The notes under the pieces: model-generated
What the model saw: only the letters and a program-made list of their open reading frames with translations
Database searches by the model: none
What the model was told of the DNA's origin: nothing
Shown: one piece after another, positions 1-14,545 of the stretch
Position numbering within the stretch: position 1 is the stretch's first letter
How the letters are laid out: each line of letters opens with the position of its first letter
NCBI GenBank assembly: GCA_965112155.1
Contig: OZ218103.1
Source of the DNA: Podarcis liolepis
Lineage: Eukaryota
Strand: one strand, 5' to 3'
DNA: 64,000 nucleotides
Translations under genes and position numbers: made by a program

Positions 1-147
1 AGACATTTTTGAGCTTTTTCTGAGGAAAATCAGCAAAGACGACACTGACATCGACTGCCCACCCAGTCCACTGACATTGATTTCCCCACCCAGACACTGG
101 TTGAATACTACAGTATTCTGGATGTATCCAGATGTATGGCAACCCTT
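1..147. mobile_element. Right end of hAT-type non-autonomous DNA transposon (same family as 53966-54223)
   Basis: Ends in TATGGCAACCCT (135-146), the same terminal inverted repeat as the complete copy at 53966-54223. Also shares the internal motifs ttgagcttt/tcagcaaa and atccag..gtatggc. Truncated by the window start. Confidence 0.7.
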
Positions 148-512
148 AAAAAAACTTGTTTCTTTTGTGTATGTCTTTGGATATTCTATAGTTGGCAGGT
201 TTTGACTGATACTGATATAATACCTGAAATGTTTTATTTACAAATATATAGTAATGGAAATGTAGGTGTCTACTTATGGCTTGGTTCCTTCTGGCTTTGC
301 AGTTGTTAAGAAGCATTAGGGCTGTTTTATACTTAAAATGCTGCTTCCGGATTTCTACCATGCTATGGTTTCTGGGCACCGGCAAGTATGCAGCAGAATA
401 GCATGAATCAGAATTGCACTGTGATACATGATGGCAATTATTTCTGTTATTGAAACGGTTTTTTATTTTTGGAGCAACTGGAATCAAACTCTCAGATATA
501 TGCAAGTTCACA

Positions 513-1790
513 CATCTAGTCCAGCCCCATGCAATGTAGGAACCACAGCTGAAGCACCCATGACAGATGGCCATCCAGCATCTGTTTAAAAACCTTCCTT
601 GATCCACTGTCTAACAGCTCTTAACTGTCATGAGGTTCTTTCAGATGTTTAGCCAGAATCTCCTTTGTTGTAACTTGAAGCCATTGGTTCAGGTCTTACT
701 CTCTGGAGCAGCAGAAAACAAGTTTGCACCATCTTCCATATGACAATCCTCTGGATATCTGAAGATGGCTGGTATATCACCCCTCAGCCTTTTCTTCTCT
801 AGGCTAAACATATCCAACTCCCTCAACTGTTACTCATAAGTCTTGGTTTCCAGACATTTTATCTCCTTGGTTGCTCTCTGCACACCAGAACTGGATACAG
901 TACTGGTCTGACAAAGACAGAAGAGTGACACTATTAGTTCCCTTGATCTGGACACTATACTTTTGTTGATGCAGTCTATAATAGCATTCTCCCCCCCCCC
1001 CTTTTTTTTTTTTTTTGCTGCTGCTGCATCGCACTGCTGACTCATGTTAAGTGTGTGGTCTACTAAGACCCCTAGATCCTTTTCACATGTACTACTGGCA
1101 AACCAGGTGTTCCCCATCTTATTTTTGCGCAGCTAGTTCTTCCTGCCTAAGTATAGAACTTTAAATTTGTCCCTATTGAACTTTAAGGTAATATAGACTC
1201 CTGATTCCATCTTCTGAGGTATTAGCTACCCCTCCTAGTCTGTTGTCGTCTGCATGTTTGCTTAGCATCCTATCTGTTCCTTCATCCAAGTCATTTATAA
1301 AGATGTTGAATAACACTTTACCCAGGACAGAACCCTGTGGCACCATACTTGTCACTTTTCTCCAGGATGATGAGAAACCATTGGTGAGCACTCTTTGGGT
1401 TCAGTCAGTCAATCAGCTACAAATTCACCTAACAGTAACATCACCTAGCCCACAGTTTACCAGCTTCTCCTCACAACTATCACTTTGTCAAAAGCCTTAA
1501 TGAAAGCAAGATATGCTCCATTCACAGTAATCCTCTGATAAACCAAGCTTGTGACTCTATAAAAATAAGAAAAGAAATAAGATTTGTGCGGCATGACTTC
1601 TTTTTCAGAAACCTATGCTGGCTCTTAGTAATCACAGTATGCTTTTCTAAGTGCTACTCAAAGAGTGACTGTTTAATTTTTTGTTCTAATACCTTTCCTA
1701 GTATTGATGACCGCTTGGTACTTGCATGGGTCCTCTTCCTCCCACCTGCCTTTTTAAAGATGTAGAAAACATTTGCCTGCCTCCGATTGG
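513..1790 (-). mobile_element. CR1 LINE, 5'-truncated and degenerate (3' part of ORF2 reverse transcriptase)
   Basis: Minus-strand translations [31 protein letters not shown] (RT PQG motif), decayed HADD, and EKDLGVLVDHTLNMSQQCDAAA..NAIIDCINKSIVSRSRE are typical of the CR1 ORF2 C-terminus. Contains frameshifts and stops. Boundaries approximate. Confidence 0.9.
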
Positions 1791-4700
1791 CAAAAACTCC
1801 AGTACTGCAGTTAGCATACGTTCAGTGTTCTAATGAATGCATGAAACGGACAATATTCTGTGGAAAAATAAAGCACAAGAAAAATTCCTGCCTCATAAAC
1901 TGCAGCGCTTTCTGAACAAAACAGGAACAAGGCATGGGCTGAAGACACTCCCTCCTTGCCATTTTGTGTTTTGAGGTGGTGATTTATATAGGATATGGAC
2001 AAACAGTACTTATCTGATTCTGTTGTAACCAGAGACCTTGGAAGATAATTGCTGTGGGATTTTTTGGGGGGTGGGGGAACACATAAGCCCAAAGGTTGTT
2101 TCTTTAGTGGATTGTCTGAACCAAGTTACAGAGGATGGCTTCATAGAATACATTTCTTCTTGCTTGACTTTGGTGAGAAAACATATACATAACTCTGCAT
2201 AAAAATTATGCACATGATTGGAAACTAAGTCATGTGTTCATGTTACAAGATAGGCAAATGATAGTTTCACACATTATTTACGTGGTACCGGTAAATCTTA
2301 TCAGGGAGCTGTTCTTAAGGTATTTGATTTGGAAAACCAGGCGCAGCATTTGGGTGATTCATAACATGAAAAGGATCAGGTTTGCAATGTTTAATTATCA
2401 GTGTGATTAATCTTTAAACATAGCCCCAGAGTAAATGGTGGAGCAGATGAACAATGACTTGATTTGGGATACTTATAGAAACTGCTGCCATGTAGGATGC
2501 ATAGATAAAAAATATTTTTACATAATTTGCTTTCAGTTATTACAACCATTGGTCCTTGCTTTAGGAGAAAAGTACAAGAAGGCTTAGCTGGATTTTCACC
2601 AATCCAGGCTGGTCTCTATGGAGCTTTCATTGGGTTTTCAACAAAATAAACACTAATAACAAACAAACACTACAGATCTCATGTTTAGGTATTTTTATAA
2701 CTCATCTCAATGTATTATTATAAGGAAATGTCATACTCAGATGGCATTGATTTCTAAAAGAAACATAATCTTTGGTTAGAATGTAAATTTTGTTTTCTTA
2801 CGTTTTCTCAAAATGCACTAAGGCCTCCTTCAGTGAGGTTCTACAAATGTAAATAGAGTAAAATCTTATCAGTGGGCTAAATCTAAATAATCAGCTAAAA
2901 AGCAATTACTTGCTTTATTGTCTTATAAATTTAACATTAAATCAACATACATTCAGGCAATGCAATGCAAAAATCTAGATGCTGGGTTTTAAAAGGAGTA
3001 AAATAATAAAATTAAGTGAAGTTTCTAAAACAGAGATGCTTTGGGACAAAGGAAACCTCTGGGCAAGGATTCAAAATTAGAAAATTAAGCCCCAAACCAA
3101 TAATAGTAATTGGGAGCTCTTGAAGCTCAAAACCAGTTCAGTATATTAGAATCCACTCAAAACTGGTAACAATGATCAAATAGAATTCTTCTCATGCTTG
3201 AACATCTCTGCTAGTAGAATATCTATATATGTTCAGTGTGTGCTGAAATTCTTTTCTTTCATATGACATATGGATGGAGTTAGTGGTGCAAAGACTGCAA
3301 AGTCTGATAGTGGTATAGAGAGTATACTATGACAATATCCTGGATTGTGAATTAGCATGCACATGCTCTGCTGTGTCTTGATTAACAAAGTCCCAAATGG
3401 TACAGAGCCTGTTCTCGAAATGCAGTCCTTTCTGTGGCTTTAAGCATTTTGTTTGTAAGCCACCTTATCCCAAAAGGTCAGGGCTGTTTGTAAGCCACCC
3501 TCTCTTAAGGTTAGTGTTAGCAACAAACAAACAAAAAAATCCCATAACCACCATACCTGCTGTCTGCAGTGGTCTGCTGAATGTTTGCAGGGCTAGCCTA
3601 CATCTTTTGGCTCTATATACACCCCATTTCCCCCTATTTGACTTCTAATCTTGGCAAAGTTTAATGATCCACACCCTTGGTACAGTGAAATTCTATGGTG
3701 AAGAAAACAAGGTTGTGCCGAAAGTTCTTATTCAAGTGGAAACTTACGTAAGTGTTGTGAGTAGAAATAGTATGTGAAGTTGTAATATACTAATAGTAAC
3801 ATATTTCAATAATGCTTAAGTTTGAATATCACACTAGTGAAGGTTTTCTTTTCCCTGAATAAACTTACTCTCATGAACTGAGCCTTAACCCTAGATTATG
3901 ATTCCTGGGAGCTGAACTGTGAAACAATCCCCATGTAAGGTGCAAACCTAATTGAGAACCCCCATGTTTTCCTCTGGGATTTGTTGTGATTTTTCCTTTA
4001 CCCCTTTCAATTATCAGGTAGAGTTCCCCCGCCCACAAAAAGCTCCCTCTAACTTTCTTGAAAAGGTGTTTCAGTTTTTTGTTCTAAACTCTTTGCTGTC
4101 ATCTCTTCTCAAGTTTGTAACCTTCCTCTGATTTCAACAGCTTTTTCCTATAGTCTTTGCATAATGAGGACAGGGACAGGACTTGAACCTTGCTATCCAT
4201 GTTATCTAACAATCCATTGCTAGATGTGTGAACCATTAAGGCACCACCCCATTCTCTGCATATTTGGTTATACTTGTGCAAGTGTCTTAGTACTAGCCAG
4301 GTTGATTCTTGATGGATATACTGGTGAATCATTAAAGGGACCTGTGAAGTTGCACTGTTGAACTAGAGAAACTTTATATGATCACATTTGACAAGCAATT
4401 GTAACGATGAAGAAATTTGCACTCTGGTTTTTTTCAGCAGTGGAGGAAAAAAAAACCACCCTTGTCTCAAAACAAGAAGCAGTTGCTATTGTTGGCCATC
4501 CTGAAAGAGGCAGCAACCTTATACCAGTCTTGACTCTGCCTTCCTTGAAAGAGCATATTTAATCTTAGACCTCTATGTTGTACTCCTGTGGGGGTAGGGG
4601 TGGTCTGTGTCACCATTAAGAAAAAGAGATAGAAATAAGCCAATATATATGTGGACTGTTTCTGGATAAAGTGACTTTTCTTTAAATTTTCAGAGTTGTT

Positions 4701-7700
4701 AACCTAGTTCAAGGTTTTCATATGAATTAGCCCGATGTTTAACTGAAAATCAATCACAGTCAGTCCATCATTTGAAAAGCAAGACTTTGAAGCCACCTTG
4801 CCCCAAAATGGCAACTGACATTCTGTTTTGGTGACTGAAACATAGGTTTAAGGAGCCATTTGGCACCTAGCTTATATATCTGCGCTTCTAACACTGGTCA
4901 AGAGGAAGCAGTGGGTAGCTGGCATTTTCTCTGACTCACTGTGGCCTTGGTGAGGCAGGGTCAGTTGTGCACCTTGTGCTTGGGGTAGAAGTGATGCATA
5001 TGTCCTGATTGGCACTGCATGACACAGTGGAGAGCAGCGTAGTACCTTAGGCTCAGTTGACTGTAAAATGGGGTGAAGCACCAGATACAGAGACATCTCT
5101 CCCCCACCCCCATTTACTCAGTGGTAGTATGACTGCATGGTGGTATGAGAAACTGCAGCCACACTGATGTTTCTCCTGCAATCCCCTCAGCAGGGGCCAC
5201 AGGGCTAAAAGGCATAGCGATCGACCTATGTGGCAAGATAGTTTTCATCAAGGAAGCAGGATACCCAATGCCTGGGTCGCACTCAGAGAGCGCAAGGCTC
5301 TTCTCCAAGTTTCTAGGTGGAGCTGGCTCACATTCAGGACCCATGATCCCACTTCATGGATCCATTATCACTACATTAGATTTTAACTTCAGAAATATTC
5401 TAACTAGGTCCTTTCAGTGGTGGCTTTTTCCTTATCAGATCTTATTTCCAAAGTGCTCTATCTTATGTGAACATGCTCTACTTGTTGTAACGTGATGTAA
5501 ATTATTCCTCTGTGCTGCTCATATAGTTATTTTGAGATCAGTTACCTAGTTTCTTCTTGGGAAAAGCAGACCCTTTGCACACTTCTGAAGTGCTGATCAC
5601 ATGTTTTCTCAACTGATGCAAAATGGTTCCTTCAACTAAGCCTTTTAGTGTAAGAATTCTTGTTTGTTGACAGCTGGGCACAACAAAAAGTCATTTTCTT
5701 AACTGCTGAATTGAGGCTAGTTCTTCAGTTGAGTAGCTTTGGAGTTATTTAGCCTGTTAGTACGTTAGCAATGGATATGAAAATATTAATATAAGTTTTA
5801 ATCACTATTCTCTGTCTGTGCTGTTGGATTTCCTGGGCCCAGAACATTGTATGTGGATTGCCTCCCCTACCCCCACCCCACAACCTGTTGTCAAGAACTG
5901 ATGTTTTTGCACATGTATTTACTATTAAAATCTGTTTTAAAATAAATTACAGTTATAGGAATAGGGTGGATACTATTGCAAAGATGAAAGTGGGAGAACA
6001 CATAACCTTGAGCTCTTGAGTGAGAAAGCAAGATACAAATATATAATGTCACTCACAGCAGCACCACAGGACCCTTCCCCCCTGCCCCTGGCAACAGACT
6101 AACATGGCTACCCCTCTGGAAATGGATACTTAACAGGCAGTTAAAATATTCATGAAGGATATTAATTAGTGGCAGTCAACCATCTGTTTAGAGACTTATT
6201 CATTGGCAGCATCAGGACTATACATGCAGTCAACAAAAATATACTTGCTGTGTAGTCAGACTGGATTACATGTTGCAGCATAGAAGGTTTCTTGCTGCAA
6301 TGCAGCTTCTGTTTGCCCAGGCATTTTCAGCCAATATCCTTGAACCTATTCTGTGACCCTGAAGATAGAATTCTGACTAGGGTTGAGGTGGGCATTTGAC
6401 TTGAGCAAACATTGGTCAAATAATGGTCCAGTATTTTATATTTTTATTATAAAAATATTCCAGTAGTCAGTATTGGATATGCATGTTGAGTGCAAAACCA
6501 AATTGTTTTACAATAATGATTAATGAGTGGAAGTACTACTTAAAAATTGCTGCAGGTAAGGTTTTTTATAAATATAAACAAGTCACTGAATAGTAGTTTG
6601 GCTTTATTCCTGGAAAGTTAGGGTCAGCCTACAGTTAATACACTTATAAAAAGAGAGAGAGGGAGAGAAAAAATAAAAAATAAACCAAGTAACTTGTACA
6701 TCCAGAAGTCAATGTTAATTAGGCAGCAGGCCAATTGTTCATTTCCTTTGTGTCACCTTCAACCGGTTTTTCACCTCCATCATCAAATTTCTCGTCTTGT
6801 ATGTCTCTCACTGTTAGCGAATGGCATAGTAAAAAAAAATATCAATTTTTAAAAGAAGTAAGCTTCTACCTACACAGTGGCATTCTGAACTTGATCGAGC
6901 ACTTGCGGTATCCTTCAACAGGTGAATAAGCAATCAACTGGCAATATTTGTCTGATCAATTGGCTAGTGTACCCATCCTAGACTGGGGAAAAGGTAAATG
7001 AAGCTATGACCTGTCTAGAAGAAAAAGTTCACATACCAGCTGAATATTCACAGGGTCTAAAGCTATATGTACCTTACTTCATCTTCATTTTTAATGTTGA
7101 TTTTTCAGGTTTTACAGAAAACGATCTTGCCTTGCTGAGGGTGTGACTGGGGGCCCTGTTGTCTTAAATGATTTTCAGCAGGGCTCTTTCTGCCACTAAA
7201 CAATTTTTTCTACTGTATTTCTCTTCCCTTGCATACAAGACACTACTGTGAAGCAGTTTGGCAGTTGACTTGGAACAGAATCGCTCTATGTTGGCTGGGT
7301 GGAATAAAACACACAAGCTGTTCTCTTTTTCTGTTCTTCATAATTTTTGTACCAAATACCTTTTGGAAAATGTTATGCTTAGGTCAAGAACGTAGTGCAG
7401 CATGAGTGAAACCCCCTTTTAAAGGCACTGAACATAAAGTTGCTTTTAATATGGACAACTTCACTGAACCTGTGACAGAGTTACTGCCCTGCTGGCTACT
7501 TGAAATGAGGACAGGAGATGGGGATGGCAGCTTTTCCTGTTTTCCCTCCTAGTTTTTCTCCCCATACCTACCTGCCCACCTACCTGCCGTGACTGAAATG
7601 AGAGGGTATCAACCATGCTATCTCCAGGGCTGGTATAGTTTGGGGACCTGTTGGGGGGGCATACTGGAGTAATAATGGGTCTTAGGATCCCGAAGACCCA

Positions 7701-8662
7701 TGGACTGCTGATAGTTCATCAACTGCAGTGGAGCTTTCTTTTTCTATATCAGGGAACTCCAGAGATAGAGTTCTGCAGGCTACTATGGCTGCTCAGCCAC
7801 GCCCAGGGAGCATAGGGTTGCTCCTTAAATTTAAATATTGAAAACAGTTTTATCGCATTCTTCAGCTAAAAATACTTCCAGAGCAGCTTTATCAGTTCTG
7901 ATAAAGTTTTAAAGGGCTAAGAAAAAGGGATTAGGAGGGAGAAAGAAGGGAAAAAAGCACATTGGGCACTATTTATTAGTCAAATCAGGCATAGGGAACC
8001 TACAATTTACCCTAGTGTTTATGCAAAGAACACAAAATACATCCTCACTCCATACAGTAATATAGCATATTCAACAATATATGAAAGAAAAAGTGCAGAT
8101 ATACATTATCTTGAACATTATATTTCTAATCAAGGAAATCATTTTCCCCAAATTATATGTTCCTCCTTTCATCTTTCCATCTTTCTTTAGTAAGTTGAGA
8201 CATACCAGGCCATTGACCATATCTTCCTGACCTTCCACAATAGCCATCATTTTTCATTTAAACCTTGGGTTGATAACTTCATTTCGTAGTACTGCATTGA
8301 TATGGAATGTATGTGGAATGGATACTTGCTGAACTTCTTGCTGCCATGTTGCAAATTAAAGGCTTCTGATTCTTGGTGACAAACTGCATTGCTTCTTCTG
8401 TCCCTGCTGCCTAAATTTTCATCTGGGCTGGGAATGCGGGAAGAAGGTAAACTTGGTTCCTAGAATGAGTGACCATTGCTCCATATCCAGTCCTCTTTGT
8501 GATACCCTCAGTCTTAGCTGCCCACTCCTGTGCAAAAATATTTTTCAAGTCAGAGTTTGGAATGTCTCATTCTGTACTGACATTGAACTATAGAATCCTT
8601 TTGAAGCTCCATAGGTCACTTCAGAATATAATTGCTAATAACTTCTTTTTTGCCTTTTTTAG

Positions 8663-9051
8663 GGCAGCTGAGCTCTATTGCCTTTCCCCGGCGTGAAGAG
8701 GAGTATCTCCAGCTGACAGTAAGCTGTCACCCATGCCTTTTAATCTTTGGTCAGAACTGCAATGCCAAATGTCAGTTAGTCAACATGCTTTTGGGTGAGA
8801 GACTGCTACCGACCTCCAAAGTTAGCAGTGAGGAGAACTGTAAGAGGCGTCGAATTCGCTTCACACATGGAAGACAAACACGGATTAGTTTGGCTCTTCC
8901 AGGACAGTATGAATTGGTTCACAACTTGGCAGCTCATCAAGGCAGATGGGAAACGATACCAGAAGAGGACTTAGAAATCCACTGCGATAATGAAGATCTC
9001 GCACACCAGATTGCAGAGCTGGAGGTTACACTGAATCACACTTTATTACAG
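8663..9051 (+). CDS. DSTYK: DSTYK exon 2
   Basis: ttttag|GG..CAG|gtactg, 389 nt; encodes [47 protein letters not shown], matching vertebrate DSTYK. Exon 1 is not in the window. Confidence 0.96.
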
Positions 9052-9802
9052 GTACTGACGAGATCCAGTGTGTATGTACTTGCCCTGCCCTGTATAAACT
9101 TAATGAGAAAGGGAGCGTTGGCATGAAGCATTTTAATGAATATTTTGCAACTACGTTTAGTTGAGTAAATTCTACATAAAAACTAGAGGAGTCCTAGAAC
9201 TAGAACAGAGTTTGTCTGCATTCCTAAAGACTTTTGAGGGCAGATACCACATGTTCTGCCTCAACCCAGTGGTTCTTGTTTGAAGTCTGGCTGCTGCTGT
9301 GGAAGATTGAGGGGCGGAGGGTGCAGTTTGCAGCAGTGAAGCTTTAACTCTTCCCCTGACTGCTGGTTTTGCCCATACTCATTTGCTTTTCCTGCAGCCC
9401 AGGTGCCGGACCTGTGATTGTATAAACTTGCTTAGATTTCTGCAAAGTATCTGAGGGTGTAGACAGACATGGTAATAAAGCACAGTGCTTACAGTGGCAC
9501 CTCGGGCCGTGTGTCGAACCCAGCTTCCTCCTGGCTTTGAATCTGAAATGACAGTCATATGTACCTGTGAAAAAAGTGCTGATGGTTTATGCTCCTCTGT
9601 CCTCCATCTAGGAGTTGGGGGGGGGGCTCTATTATGCAAAACCTGCTCCAGAGATTGTGGGAGGATTCTTGGTAGCATAGGGCCAACCCATACACAGCCA
9701 GATACCCTGAAGAAGGGGCAGACACGCCTAAATAGTTACCCTTGTCTTCACCCAAAATTTTTCTTGAATTGTTGTAATTAGCATTAAGGAGAGCTTCTAA
9801 AA

Positions 9803-10064
9803 CAGGAGTCGGCAACCTAAGGTCCATGGGCTGGAAGTGGCCAGTGGAGGTTGTTTGAACGGCCCACAAGCTGCCCCTGAACCGAGCTGCCTGCTCGCAT
9901 GCTGTGCTAAACCAGCGCAGTGCGGGGACTCGCTTCCGCAGTGCTGAAATCACATCTTTGCAGACGCAAACACCGGAAATCGCATCTGTGCTCATGATCC
10001 AGCCCATGGAGTGATCTCCGCGGGACCGATCCAGCCCAGGCAAGATAAACATTGCCAACCCCTG
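9803..10064. mobile_element. hAT (Charlie-like) MITE
   Basis: TIRs CAGGAGTCGGCAA / TTGCCAACCCCTG; perfect 8-bp TSD TTCTAAAA at 9795-9802 and 10065-10072. Confidence 0.9.
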
Positions 10065-13000
10065 TTCTAAAACTAAATAGAATGGATACTATGTTCTTTT
10101 CTCTCCATCCCTTCACTTCAAAGTCAAAGCACTTAACTAGTGCATTCTGTAGCTCAGGGCAAGTGTAGGGGAGGTAATGTTTGAAAGGGTTCCTTTTACT
10201 TGGGATTCTTGCCTCCCGTGTGAGTCATGTTCACGATACCACTACCCCTCGAGGGTTTGCCAGCCTGTCTGTTCCTGAGTATAACTTTGTTCTGAATGTT
10301 TGTGAATGTGTGCTCCGAGTGTTGAATTTGGTTTTGTGTACTTCAACTGAATATGTCTGTCTTGCTCTTTTTTTTTTAATAGGTCAACTAAAACAGGGCA
10401 GCTCAAATATCTCTCATAAACTTTTCAAACCAGTGACAAAGATTTCTTTGTTAGGCTCCAGATATATCTAGGACAAATCAGATGAAAACAGCCACTCGGA
10501 TTAATTTGTAAGGAGTGGCACAGGACTGTTTCCTCTGTTCTGTGTAGGAGAGCCACTGTGAAAAACTCCTTCTTACAAATGGAATTTTTAAACAGGGAAA
10601 GTTAACATTTATATCTTATATGTGAAAACTGCACATCTAATTACAGGGAGGGATCTTCCTATTTTGTAATTTGCAAGCTTCAATGAGTGGTAACAAGGAA
10701 ATACTTCCACCATAGGGAGAGGCATGGTATAAATTTTAAAAACAGACATAATCCACATTTTTAAAAAGTCAATTGAAAAAAGCATGGGGGCTTTTGCAAA
10801 TCCATGATTGCTTTAAAAGCATGGAAATTGTGAGGTGGAGATTGTGTGCCAGTAAATAAGTTGTACATTCTAACATATTGTGCTGTCTCCCACCTTAGGC
10901 TTCATACCTCCCACAGCTTGCTTGGATCCTTTAGCACCAATCCTCTTCTGCTGTAGTTTGAGGGCAACACTGGTGCCATGTTCATGTTTAAAAGTTTGGA
11001 TAAATGCTTAAATTCAGGAGTTTCTAGTGAAATGAATTGCTTTAAAACTAATGACAGTTTTTTGTGAAATAAACCCTATTGTCTTACTATGTAGAATAAT
11101 GGCACCAGGCAAAATAAGTAGAAAGGCTATAGGAAATGGGTTCCATTTCTACTGTAGTATTTAATGGCTGCCAATAAGAAACACATCTGCACAGTAATCT
11201 AAATGCTAATTCACTTCGTTGGGAGCTCTAGAAAGGAAAGGCAGTCTAGATGGAATTATACACAGCCATCCCCTCTGTGTGACACAGGAAGTTACAATCC
11301 ATACCCGGTGGACTAACTGCAGGTTCCAAAATTAAATTTGCACACCATACAATTTGCAGTAATTATGTCAGGCAGGCTAGACTAATCAAGAAGCAAGAAT
11401 TAACCAGTTGGAATGAAATTTGAGCACTATTCCAGACTCCACTTTATGATATAAGTGGCAGCTTTATGTAAGCCTCCAAATCTTGACGAACTGAGAAATG
11501 GACCTTTGTAAACAAACGCCTCATTCATCAGATGCAAAAAGATGGCTGACGGTTTGTCAGGCAGGTTCTCTTGCATTGATAAGAAGAGGGTTTGATAGTA
11601 AAAGATTCTGTTTGTTGTGTGGCATACATAGCCTATCTTTCACAGTGTATTCTTTAATCAAATGTGATCTGATAGAAAGTGGATAGAAGATGGAAATATT
11701 ATTTTTAACGGGGCTGGCACCTACAAAGTTATTCATAAATAGAAATACGGTAATACTAACGTTCCTTTATCCACTTGTGCAATTAGTTTTACACATTTTA
11801 TTGACCACCATGAGCCAACATTTTGAGTCTGAATTAAGTCTATTGAAATTTAGTGTGGCCTTAGAATATACTGAAAAATGTTTTGGAGAGTGACAGTTAA
11901 GTTTTATATAAAAGATAAAATAATTTAAACCTGAACATAAGTTGAACCCAATCATAACAATGTTGTATCTCCTCTGAAAATATCAATATATTCTATGCAT
12001 ATTTATTGAGAACTGTGTTAGACCTTATTCATAGAGAGATTTGCAGTGTGCAGGAGGCATCTAGCTAGGTAAAGGAAATGAACAACTTAAATTTCAGTCT
12101 TGGTCTTCAGGATAATAATGTATGTTGTAAAATTAATAGAATTTATTGTCGAATTCTGTAATTTCAAATCTGGTTTGAAGAGCAACAATAATATATGCCA
12201 CCAGTACCAAACATATTAGAATTAAGAAAATAAAACAACACAACAGCAATCCCTTAAAATTAATTATCGGACTCTTAAATCCATTATCAGTGAAAGAACT
12301 TATAAAAGAGTTATTGTGTCAGGAATCTCTCACATCTGTAGGAATTCTGTGGCTCCAGCCCTTCCTTCATTTCAGTTAATACTGCTGCATGTGGGGCATC
12401 TAACTTTACCAATAGTATATAGTAAGTTCCATTTAGGGAGGGGAGCCCAAATAAGAAAGCTAGCAGAAAAATTAAAAGGTTTAAAAGGTTCTACAAGAGA
12501 ATCCAGTACTTTCAAAGGAGGTGATTTTGCAGGACCAGTCCATAGTTAAAACATCTCAAGTTTTGTTGGACTGCTAGTCTGTTGACTTCATTTTTATCCT
12601 AATTTTTATATTGCCATGTTACAGTTTTGTATTTAACAATCATACTGCTATGATCTAAATGTATAGAGGCATCATTCTTTTTAATGCTATATTTAGTAGC
12701 ACTGTCCCTATCAGTTTGGTAGAGGAATGGGACAGCCCACGTTACTGTACAGTAGTGATTACTGAATGCCTCTGATGCCCCTGGTATGCAGACATACTAG
12801 TTTATAAATTGAGGGGTGAAACTAAAATTGCTGAAGGACGTGAGGTATGTTCAGTGGCCTCTAGGAACCAGGAGATACTGAGAGTAATTGTGTGTAGTTG
12901 GAGTAGGAGGTAAGAAGAATTTAGGGAGAAGTGGATTGGCCTGCTCAAGCCCCTAACAACAACTTGTGTCCTGGAGGTGTAGATTCTGGAGGGGAATCAA

Positions 13001-13182
13001 TAAAGCACTCGAGCAGTAGGGAAAAGTTTCATTAGGGTGAGAGAGACAAAGGGTGTCCTCTTTAATTTGTCTCTCGTCTCTCTGTTCCCCCACTCCAGGT
13101 TTTCTGGAATCCTGTTAGGAGTTGAGGATACGAAACAGCTTTTTGTTGCACATCCCACTCATATTTCTGTATTTAAGAATTA

Positions 13183-13443
13183 CCCGTATTTTTTGCTCTA
13201 TAAGACTCACTTTTTCCCTCCTAAAAAGTAAGGGGAAATGTGTGTGCATCTTATGGAGCGAATGCAGGCTGCGCAGCTATCCCAGAAGCCAGAACAGCAA
13301 GAGGGATTGCTGCTTTCACTGCTCAGCGATCCCTCTTGCTGTTCTGGCTTCTGAGATTCAGAATATTTTTTTTCTTGTTTTCCTCCTCCAAAAACTATGT
13401 GCGTCTTGTGGTCTGGTGCGTCTTATAGAGCAAAAAATACGGG
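13183..13443. mobile_element. Tc1/mariner-superfamily (Tc2/pogo-like) MITE
   Basis: 24-bp perfect TIR CCCGTATTTTTTGCTCTATAAGAC; TA on the left flank; internal 30-bp-arm hairpin at 13283-13353. Confidence 0.85.
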
Positions 13444-14545
13444 GTTTTCCCATTGATATATGCACCTCTGTTATAAAATTAAGCTTTTGTTTCTCTTCAG
13501 ATTAACTAGTTGGCATCCAAGTCTTTTCAGAATTTATGTCAGTTTCATAGTACAGTATCTGAATTTTCATTCTGCTTCTATCTTTTTATTCAGCGAGCTG
13601 CTCCCAGTTGTTTTAGAATGGTTTTCCCCTTATCTGTGTAAAAGAAAGTTACCTCCCTGTCTGCATCTAGTGTTGCACATATCTCATTTCAGCAGCTACT
13701 TCTGTTCTAACTATTAAGTTCAAGACCACCATCCTGTCTGGGTGCACAAAACGTTATCCACAATTGGGAATATTTTACATTCATAGTAAATGCTGCATTC
13801 TGTATCTCATTATTGTAACACATTTTTAAAAAGCATTTGGTTAATTAGCCATTCCTGCCATATGTGAATATCTGCTCTTCTTTTAGAGCCGCTCAAGTAT
13901 TTTCTGAAGGTCTTCCTTTTTCATTTTTATCATTTATCATATATAAACCGTCCTGAAATTCTTTCCCTTAAAACCTTTTGATGAGTGTATGCCGGTCTAG
14001 CAGCATAAGCCCATAGTTTGAAGCAGTTTCTTTTTTAATACATCAGTGATTCAGATGTAGGTGTGCATCCCTGTCTAGGACCATTTGTTATGTGTGAATG
14101 TTGCGGGCAAATAATCTGTAGATTAGAGGCAATATGTATTAAAGCCCCTATCTGTATATTCCTGTTGCCTTTTTAAAGCTTCAAATTTGTTGCTGGTTTC
14201 ATCTGTCTTTGATCAACCTTATTTTTAAAAGTCTTGACAACTCTAGGTAGGCCTTTTTCAATCCTTCCAGCAAGCAAGCCTTCACATTTTGTTCACTTTC
14301 TGGTCCATTTACAGATTCTGACACCTTTCCAGCAACAAAATATTATTAGAGAAAAGGAAATTGTGGTTATTCTACTTGCAAATAGCACTAAAAGCTATTT
14401 TGATGTTTTGAAAATATATTTAATAATAGTGCATTCTTTTTCCATTAGGTATAATTTCAAAGACCTGCGTTTCGTTGGAATAAATTACAAAATAATATAT
14501 AAAATGGGATACCTCTTGATGGGAGATTCCCTTAACTTCTAGTTA

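Noticed and set aside
5114-5495. 116-aa and 76-aa ORFs in intron 1
   Set aside because: No recognisable domain, non-ATG starts and no convincing splice sites; possibly an old TE remnant that I cannot classify.
1-8662. DSTYK exon 1
   Set aside because: No CpG island or matching N-terminal peptide found; exon 1 must lie upstream of the window.
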